Below are positions 26,523 to 32,000 of a stretch of DNA of 32,000 nucleotides, in pieces. How positions within the stretch are numbered: position 1 is the first letter of the stretch; each line of letters opens with the position of its first letter. This stretch comes from Corynebacterium glutamicum ATCC 13032 (lineage in GTDB: Bacteria > Actinomycetota > Actinomycetes > Mycobacteriales > Mycobacteriaceae): the NCBI RefSeq assembly GCF_000011325.1, contig NC_003450.3:2040001-2072000 (forward strand), written 5' to 3'. A program made the position numbers and the translations under genes. The notes under the pieces were generated by a model. The model was not told where the DNA came from, ran no database searches, and saw only the letters and a program-made list of their open reading frames with translations.

Positions 26523-26538
26523 GGTGTATGATTTTTTC

Positions 26539-27144
26539 ATGCCTACATCCTCTTCTCCTGCAACTGTGACTCCGCTAAAGAAGCAGTCTTCACGTAAACA
26601 GCTCCAAGACATCGCGCTTATTGCAGTTTTTGCAGCACTGATCATTGTGCTTGCTTTTGTTTCCATCCCAGTTGGCACAGCGGGAGTGCCTATTGTTTTG
26701 CAGAATGCCTCCATCGTTTTGGCTGGCCTGATTCTTGGTGGTCGACGTGGTTTTCTCACTGCTTTGCTGTTCCTGGCACTCGGCCTGATTGGCCTGCCTG
26801 TCCTTGCAGGTGGTCGTACCACTTTGGCCGCACTTGCTGGCCCAACAGCTGGCTACATCGTGGGTTACCTCATTTCCCCACTTGTTGCAGGCATCATCGC
26901 TTACCTCGCACCTAAAAAGCGTGGCGCTGGAATGTTCATCGTTTTAGGCCTGGCGGGTCTCGCGGGTCTGATCACCCAATACGCTTGCGGCATCGTGGGT
27001 CTCGTCCTTCGTGCGGGTCTAAGCTTGAGTGAAGCAACAATTGCTCAAGGTGCCTTTGTGCTGCCAGATTTGGCCAAGATCACCGTCATGGTCATAATCG
27101 CCGCTGGAGTTCATGCAGCATTCCCTGACATCCGTAAGAAATAG
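26539..27144 (+). CDS. bioY: Biotin ECF transporter S component
   Basis: LQDIALIAVFAALIIVLAFVSIPVGTAGVPIVLQNASIVLAGLILGGRRGF...GPTAGYIVGY are BioY family hallmarks. The ATG at 26539 is chosen because the track start at 26449 would run through the operator palindromes. Confidence 0.9.
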   Translation: MPTSSSPATVTPLKKQSSRKQLQDIALIAVFAALIIVLAFVSIPVGTAGVPIVLQNASIVLAGLILGGRRGFLTALLFLALGLIGLPVLAGGRTTLAALAGPTAGYIVGYLISPLVAGIIAYLAPKKRGAGMFIVLGLAGLAGLITQYACGIVGLVLRAGLSLSEATIAQGAFVLPDLAKITVMVIIAAGVHAAFPDIRKK

Positions 27145-27167
27145 TTCCAACCCACTTTTCCTCAGAA

Positions 27168-27869
27168 TTGCAGTTCATGCCCGAGATCATTTTTGACAAC
27201 ACTGAAGTACGCTACGATGACTCGCTCATTTTAGAGCCCCTATCGTTAAAACTGACAGAACAACGCATTGGCATCATCGGGGCTAACGGCGGTGGAAAAT
27301 CCACGCTCATCAGAATGATCAATGGTCTCGGCGAACCAACCACAGGGCGTGTTCTAGTTGATGGCCTTGACGTCTCGCATTCCGGACGGGAAGTTCGCAA
27401 GAAGGTTGGATTTGTCTTCTCTGACGCTGAAAACCAGATCGTGATGCCAACTGTGCGTGAGGATATTGCCTTCTCGCTTCGCCGGCACAAAATGCCACGC
27501 GCTGAAAAGGCGCAACGTGTCGACGAGATGATGGCGCGATTCAACTTGAGCGAGCATGCAGATCAATCACCGCACACCCTATCCGGTGGTCAAAAGCAGT
27601 TGTTAGCGCTGGCTGCAGTACTGATTTTGGAGCCAGAAGTGATCATCGCTGATGAGCCCACTACCCTGCTGGATCTGCGCAATAGGCTGATGATCAAAGA
27701 CGTGTTCAATAAACTCGAGCAGCAATTAATCGTTGTCAGCCATGATTTAGATTTCCTCAGCGATTTTGAGCGGGTCATTTGCATCAATGATCATAAAATC
27801 GCTGCTGATGGCCCTCCGCAAAAGTCCATTGACCTGTACGTATCGCTTATGGCGGAACCTGCGAAATGA
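27168..27869 (+). CDS. bioM: ECF transporter ATPase (biotin)
   Basis: Motifs are Walker A GANGGGKST, signature LSGGQKQLLALAAVL and Walker B IIADEPTTLLD. The start is the TTG at 27168 or the ATG at 27177. Confidence 0.9.
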   Translation: MQFMPEIIFDNTEVRYDDSLILEPLSLKLTEQRIGIIGANGGGKSTLIRMINGLGEPTTGRVLVDGLDVSHSGREVRKKVGFVFSDAENQIVMPTVREDIAFSLRRHKMPRAEKAQRVDEMMARFNLSEHADQSPHTLSGGQKQLLALAAVLILEPEVIIADEPTTLLDLRNRLMIKDVFNKLEQQLIVVSHDLDFLSDFERVICINDHKIAADGPPQKSIDLYVSLMAEPAK

Positions 27870-28477
27870 ACAGTATTCCTTTAGGTTTTTACGTCGATAA
27901 GCAATCTGTTGTTCATTCTTTTCCTGCTTTGTGGAAATTCCCACTTCTGCTGTTTTTCATCATCGGCGGCTCCATCGCGGCTTCTACCCCGGTTCATGGG
28001 TTGATTTTGGTGGGGATTGCAGTGGTGTTTTACGTGCTGGCGAAGATTCCGCTGAAGGTCGCGTGGGAGCAGTTGTGGCCAGTGCTGCCGATTTTGATCA
28101 TGCTCGGTGCGTTTCAGTGGTGGCAGCGCGGCTTTGATTTCGCGGCAACCACAGTGCTCACGCTGTTTTCCGCGGTGATGGCCGCCATGTTGTTGACGTT
28201 GACCACGCGGTTGGAAGCGCTCATGAATGCAGTTGAGCGGATGTTGCAGCCTTTTGCACGTTTTGGCCTGCCAGTAGAGACGATCACCTTGGCTATTTCT
28301 CTCACGATTCGGCTCATTCCGCTGCAATTAGCCACGGTGAAGGAAGTCCTCGATGCCCGTAAAGCTCGTGGTGCCGGTTTTTCTATCGCCGCGTTTGGCA
28401 CGCCTGTGATCATCAGATCAATAAAGAGGGCCCGCAATATCGGCGATGCTCTTCTCGCACGTGGTGCCGGCGATTAA
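27866..28477 (+). CDS. bioN: ECF transporter T component (biotin)
   Basis: The start overlaps the bioM stop (ATGA). The product is polytopic, with the CbiQ/EcfT-type C-terminal motif ...LDARKARGAG.... Confidence 0.88.
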   Translation: MNSIPLGFYVDKQSVVHSFPALWKFPLLLFFIIGGSIAASTPVHGLILVGIAVVFYVLAKIPLKVAWEQLWPVLPILIMLGAFQWWQRGFDFAATTVLTLFSAVMAAMLLTLTTRLEALMNAVERMLQPFARFGLPVETITLAISLTIRLIPLQLATVKEVLDARKARGAGFSIAAFGTPVIIRSIKRARNIGDALLARGAGD

Positions 28478-28499
28478 TTTCTTTCAACACATAGCAAAG

Positions 28500-28536
28500 G
28501 GGGCTCGTACTAACGAAAGTACGAGCCCCGCTTTTA
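28500..28536. terminator. Bidirectional terminator between bioN and pspA
   Basis: ggggctcgtac (28500-28510) and gtacgagcccc (28519-28529) form a perfect 11-bp stem with an 8-nt loop. The tail is gctttt on the plus strand, and caaag precedes the stem. Confidence 0.85.
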
Positions 28537-28552
28537 GTCTGCTGTGGCAGGT

Positions 28553-29383
28553 TTAAGCCTCGCCGCGCAGCTCACGCATGCGCTGTGCAACTGCGTCATC
28601 AGTGACGTTGTTGCCCGCTGCAGGAGCCTCAATGGACTCCTGCTTGTTACCAGCGGTCAGGGAACCACCAGCCATCTCAGCGCGGATCTGCTCAAGGCGG
28701 GAGTGTCCAGCCATCTGAACGCCAGCCTGCTCAACCTCAGCCATGCGGCCCTCAACAGAGTTGGACGCAAGCTCAGCCTGGCCAAGCGCGTTAGCGTAAC
28801 GACGCTCAATCTTCTCACGAACTTGATCCAGGTTAGGAGTGCTGCCGGAGGTCAAAGAATCCATGGACTTCAGGGACTCGGAAACCTTTTCCTGCATCTT
28901 CGCCTGCTCCAGCTGGCTCAGAAGCTTGGTGCGCTCAGCAACCTTCTGCTGCAAAGCCATGGAGTTACGCTCCACAGCCTTCTTAGCCTGATCAGCCTGC
29001 TGCAGAGCCTGGTCGTGGAGCTGCTTGGTATCTTCAACGGACTGCTCAGCAGTAACCAGCTGTGCAGCGAAAGCCTCAGCGGCGTTTTCGTACTCAGTAG
29101 CCTTCTTGACATCACCGTCAGCGCGAGCCTTGTCAGCCAGCTGGATAGCCTGGCGGGTGTTGCCCTGCAGCTTCTCAATTTCAGCCAGACGGCGGTTCAG
29201 CTGCATTTCAAGCTGACGCTGGTTACCAATAACAGCTGCTGCCTGCTGGGAGAGCTCCTGATGCTGGCGCTGAGCATCTTCGATGGCTTGCTGGATCTGT
29301 ACCTTAGGATCCGCGTTCTCCTCAATCTTGGAGTCGAACAACGCCATGAGGTACTTCCATGCCTTGGAGAATGGATTAGCCAT
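28553..29383 (-). CDS. pspA: PspA/IM30-family membrane-stress protein
   Basis: [44 protein letters not shown] is the canonical PspA/IM30 N-terminus, followed by long coiled-coil heptads. Confidence 0.9.
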   Translation of the reverse strand: MANPFSKAWKYLMALFDSKIEENADPKVQIQQAIEDAQRQHQELSQQAAAVIGNQRQLEMQLNRRLAEIEKLQGNTRQAIQLADKARADGDVKKATEYENAAEAFAAQLVTAEQSVEDTKQLHDQALQQADQAKKAVERNSMALQQKVAERTKLLSQLEQAKMQEKVSESLKSMDSLTSGSTPNLDQVREKIERRYANALGQAELASNSVEGRMAEVEQAGVQMAGHSRLEQIRAEMAGGSLTAGNKQESIEAPAAGNNVTDDAVAQRMRELRGEA

Positions 29384-29501
29384 GTTGAAAAGTGAGCCTT
29401 CCTAAATATCTGAAACAGGTAATTTCGCTGTATTCATTTATGCGATCATTATCCATGACGCCACGTATACCGGCACAACTGCCTTCACGCCACATGTAAT
29501 T

Positions 29502-29555
29502 TTAGCGGTATGAAGTTAGCGGAACCTCGACGCCGTCCATATTAGCGCTATGAAG
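29502..29555. promoter_or_regulatory. 14-bp direct repeats in the pspA upstream region
   Basis: ttagcggtatgaag (29502-29515) and ttagcgctatgaag (29542-29555) match 13/14 and lie 40 bp apart. A half copy ttagcgg sits at 29516-29522. They are 120-170 bp upstream of the pspA ATG. The binding factor is unknown. Confidence 0.4.
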
Positions 29556-29562
29556 CCAACAA

Positions 29563-29603
29563 TGGGCGTCGAAAAGCAATCTTTTACTGCTTTTCGACGC
29601 CCA
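29563..29603 (-). terminator. Strong hairpin (16-bp perfect stem) directly after clgR
   Basis: tgggcgtcgaaaagca (29563-29578) pairs with tgcttttcgacgccca (29588-29603) around a 9-nt loop. It starts 10 nt after the clgR stop. The minus-strand tail (attgttgg) is a weak U tract. Confidence 0.75.
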
Positions 29604-29612
29604 CCCATGCGC

Positions 29613-29936
29613 TTAGACGCGAGCGAGGTCTTCCTGCGCTGCTTGCAGCGCCATGGAACCTGCAGCTTCGATCAACACATCCGCAACGCTGGCCCCCAAA
29701 GCGTGGCACACGGAGGCAAGAAGCTCAGAGGACACCTCTTTGCGGCCGCGTTCCAATTCTGAAAGATAACCAGGTGACACACGTGAAGCTTCCGCCAGCT
29801 CACGCAAAGTAACGCCCTTGTCAGCACGGAAAGAACGAAGAGCTGCACCCAGAGCTTCGCGGAGAAGTGGCTCTGGAGCTTTCCGTGGGGCAGATTCTGA
29901 AATCGGCTTGTCTAGAAGGGTTGTATAAGTAACCAT
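29613..29936 (-). CDS. clgR: XRE-family HTH transcriptional regulator, ClgR-like
   Basis: LGAALRSFRADKGVTLRELAEASRVSPGYLSELERGRKEVSSELLASVCHAL is a Cro/C1 HTH. Its position between cinA and pspA matches actinobacterial clgR. The start is the ATG at 29936 or the TTG at 29948. Confidence 0.85.
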   Translation of the reverse strand: MVTYTTLLDKPISESAPRKAPEPLLREALGAALRSFRADKGVTLRELAEASRVSPGYLSELERGRKEVSSELLASVCHALGASVADVLIEAAGSMALQAAQEDLARV

Positions 29937-29993
29937 CGTTAGGTTCAACTCCCTTTCCCTAAAATTTGTTCCCAGTTTACCTGGAAACTTGAG

Positions 29994-30512
29994 TCACTGC
30001 GACTCAATATGGTCAATCAGCAGGCGAAAGCTTTGCTGCACAGCAGACTCTCTAATATGATGCCGTCCCAATTCAGCCAATATTACCTGTTGTTCACTTT
30101 CAAACGCACGATACGCGTCAATTGTTCCCGACGCCCCAAAATGCGCAGGACCAGCCACTCCGATCCACACTTCCCCCACCGGATGACCATCTTGTTTGCT
30201 GGGGCCAGCAACGCCCGTGAGCGAAACCGCCCAATCTGCCTGGCATCTGTGTGCGGCCCCCGTTGCCATCGCACGGGCGCACTGCGGGGAAACAACGCCG
30301 TGCGCGTCGATAAGCTCCTGCGGCACACCGGCAAGCGCAACCTTAAGCTCGGTGGCATAGGTGACCAGCCCGCCTTTAAGTACCACTGAGGCGCCGGGGA
30401 TCTCTGCGATCGTCGCACTGGCAAGGCCGGCGGTGAGGGATTCACAAAACGCCAGCGTTTCACCGCGCGATTTCAACAGCTCCACCACTCGCCCCGCCAG
30501 ATTCTCCGACAT
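29994..30512 (-). CDS. cinA: CinA C-terminal-domain protein (nicotinamide-nucleotide amidase PncC-like)
   Basis: TLAFCESLTAGLASATIAEIPGASVVLKGGLVTYATELK...VSLTGVAGP are CinA/PncC domain motifs. Confidence 0.88.
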   Translation of the reverse strand: MSENLAGRVVELLKSRGETLAFCESLTAGLASATIAEIPGASVVLKGGLVTYATELKVALAGVPQELIDAHGVVSPQCARAMATGAAHRCQADWAVSLTGVAGPSKQDGHPVGEVWIGVAGPAHFGASGTIDAYRAFESEQQVILAELGRHHIRESAVQQSFRLLIDHIESQ

Positions 30513-30515
30513 GGT

Positions 30516-31142
30516 CTAGCTTTCTGCGGACTTTCGTGAATCCCACAGGTACTGCAGACCCGTGACCACGGTGACGATCAGCGCTGCATACATGACGATC
30601 TGGCTTGGAATATCCATCCAACTTGGGAAAGGGCACAGATACAGAGCAACGGCAACAGTCTGCAGAGCAGTCTTAAGCTTGCCCCCCTTTGATGCAGGCA
30701 CAACATTTCCAGCGCGCAGTTGGAAGAAACGCCAGATGGTAATGCCGAACTCTCGAAGCACAATCAACGCAGTGACCCACCAGGGCAAAATGCCGATGAT
30801 GTTGAAACAGACAAATGCTGTGGTCATCAACGCCTTATCGGCAATCGGATCCGCGATCTTGCCAAAGTCAGTGACCAGGCCACGTGCTCGCGCAATATCG
30901 CCGTCAAGCTTGTCGGTGATCATGAGCAAAATGAAAACAACCAACGCCCACCAGGCAAAAGCATTGTTTTCCGTCTCACCTTTAAGCGTAAGCCACGCAA
31001 ACAAAGGGATGACAATGATACGCAAGCTGGTCAAGAAGTTCGGAAGGTTCCAGTTGGAAGGCTTGACCGCTTGATTGCTTGGATCTTGTGCGCCATTTAC
31101 GCCTGCTGATACATCACTCACGGTGTTCCACCCTACCTGCAC
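30516..31142 (-). CDS. pgsA: CDP-diacylglycerol--glycerol-3-phosphate 3-phosphatidyltransferase
   Basis: The CDP-alcohol phosphatidyltransferase motif is DKLDGDIARARGLVTDFGKIADPIADK. The product is polytopic. The start is the GTG at 31142 or the GTG at 31121. Confidence 0.9.
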   Translation of the reverse strand: MQVGWNTVSDVSAGVNGAQDPSNQAVKPSNWNLPNFLTSLRIIVIPLFAWLTLKGETENNAFAWWALVVFILLMITDKLDGDIARARGLVTDFGKIADPIADKALMTTAFVCFNIIGILPWWVTALIVLREFGITIWRFFQLRAGNVVPASKGGKLKTALQTVAVALYLCPFPSWMDIPSQIVMYAALIVTVVTGLQYLWDSRKSAES

Positions 31143-31314
31143 CCAAATTGAAGACTACGACTAGTAATGATTTCTCCAAAAAACTTGTCACAAAGCTTGA
31201 GCCCACTCTATTCCTAAAAACCTCTCGACGGACGAAGCGCCACAAAAGCAAGAGAAGAATATAAGTGAACCAAATTCCGTTTAGTGTACGTCTAGACGCC
31301 TAAACTTACCTGTT

Positions 31315-31602
31315 ATGACTTATTTTGCCGTGCTTTACACATACAACCCAGACAGCGAGAAAGTCGCTGAAGTTCGTACCGTCCACCGCGAGTTCATTGC
31401 CAACCTTCATGCGGAGGGCAAAATCGTTGGCTCCGGTCCTTTCGTGGACGGCGACGGTGGCGCGCTGATTGTCATCAAGTTGGAAGAAGGCTCCAACCTT
31501 GTTGATGCTGAAACCCTGATGAACAATGATCCATTCCACGTAGAAAACGTGCTGGACAACCGCGTCATCCGTAGCTGGAACCCTGTGACCAAAGATTTCT
31601 AG
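31315..31602 (+). CDS. YciI-like (YCII-related) small protein
   Basis: MTYFAVLYTYNPDSEKVAEVRTVHREFIANLHAEGKIVGSGPF...DPF matches the YCII domain pattern at the expected ~95-aa size. Confidence 0.8.
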   Translation: MTYFAVLYTYNPDSEKVAEVRTVHREFIANLHAEGKIVGSGPFVDGDGGALIVIKLEEGSNLVDAETLMNNDPFHVENVLDNRVIRSWNPVTKDF

Positions 31603-31663
31603 GCAACTTTTTCTTTAACAATTTTGGCGCTTGGCTTGTATGAAAGTCAGGTGCCTTCTCGCT

Positions 31664-31734
31664 TGCCTAAACCAGCGTTGCTGCCTAAACCAGCGTTGCT
31701 GCCTAAACCAGCGTTGCTGCCTAAACCAGCGTCG
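31664..31734. repeat. 18-bp tandem repeat, 3 perfect copies plus 1 variant
   Basis: tgcctaaaccagcgttgc occurs at 31664-31681, 31682-31699 and 31700-31717. A fourth copy, tgcctaaaccagcgtcg, is at 31718-31734. The repeat is non-coding, between the YciI-like stop and the terminator. Confidence 0.95.
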
Positions 31735-31741
31735 TATGGCT

Positions 31742-31784
31742 AAAGGGCCAGCACCGAAACTCCTCGGTGCTGGCCCTTTATTTT
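31742..31784. terminator. Bidirectional rho-independent terminator
   Basis: aaagggccagcaccga (31742-31757) and tcggtgctggcccttt (31764-31779) form a perfect 16-bp stem with a 6-nt loop. The tail is atttt on the plus strand, and the A-run gives a U tract on the minus strand. Confidence 0.9.
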
Positions 31785-31795
31785 AAGTAATGCTG

Positions 31796-32000
31796 TTACT
31801 TCTTCTCTGAGGAGATATCGGTAACGGTGGCGGATCCGGTTTCAGGCTCCTCACCGGTCTCCCAGTTGTCGCCCTCATACTTTGCAGCGTTCCACTTTGG
31901 TGGAATACCGCCCTGGTTTTCGTCGCGTTTGTTCTTGATGATGGATGCGATGACGGTGATTGTCAGGACACCAATGATGAAGACCAAGGAGAACACGGTG
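31796..32000 (-). CDS. C-terminal end of an integral membrane protein (possibly TerC family); 5' part lies beyond the window
   Basis: The frame stays open to base 32000, so the track 'M' at 31996 is an internal GTG/Val. The final TM helix is FSLVFIIGVLTITVIASII, followed by an acidic tail. The TerC guess rests on recalled synteny only. Confidence 0.5.
   Translation of the reverse strand, partial: TVFSLVFIIGVLTITVIASIIKNKRDENQGGIPPKWNAAKYEGDNWETGEEPETGSATVTDISSEKK

Noticed and set aside
26449-26538. The N-terminal extension of bioY (track ORF starts at 26449).
   Set aside because: It would translate through both operator palindromes. BioY-family homology starts after the ATG at 26539.
31664-31734. 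Possible CRISPR array, given the direct repeats.
   Set aside because: The repeats are contiguous with no spacers, the unit is only 18 bp, and no cas genes are nearby. It is a simple tandem repeat.

Overview
The window reads as a core chromosomal segment of a Corynebacterium glutamicum-type actinobacterium, with roughly mid-50s % G+C by eye. Almost every large ORF matches a well-known family, and the gene order is the classical one. Left to right: ptsI (5' part, minus strand, runs off the left edge), fruR-pfkB(fruK)-ptsF fructose-PTS operon, ptsH, a repeat-rich ~0.6 kb non-coding gap, a GyrI-like protein, a uracil/xanthine permease, hflX, two uncharacterised plus-strand genes, dapF-miaA plus an upstream hypothetical, a DUF349 protein, a GNAT acetyltransferase, a membrane protein, miaB, the gluABCD glutamate ABC transporter, recX-recA-DUF3046, an AT-rich orphan gene, the bioYMN biotin ECF transporter, pspA, clgR, cinA/pncC, pgsA, a YciI-like protein, and the 3' end of a membrane protein running off the right edge. 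Several operators can be read directly: an AmtR-type box upstream of gluA, two TGAAC-N3-GTTCA palindromes upstream of bioY, and a LexA SOS box upstream of recA. Many hairpin terminators are also visible. I see no transposase, integrase, CRISPR array, tRNA/rRNA gene or recognisable defence system. I cannot honestly point to a clear novel multi-gene system. The leads most worth follow-up are: (i) the structured tandem-repeat/hairpin array at 6.1-6.7 kb; (ii) the AT-rich orphan gene between bioY and DUF3046-recA; (iii) a protein with a C-terminal Cys/Gly tail; (iv) the uncharacterised genes between miaA and miaB; (v) an 18-bp tandem repeat after the YciI-like gene; (vi) undescribed direct repeats upstream of fruR and pspA. 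Family and regulator assignments come from reading motifs by eye and from memory of the literature. No searches were run.
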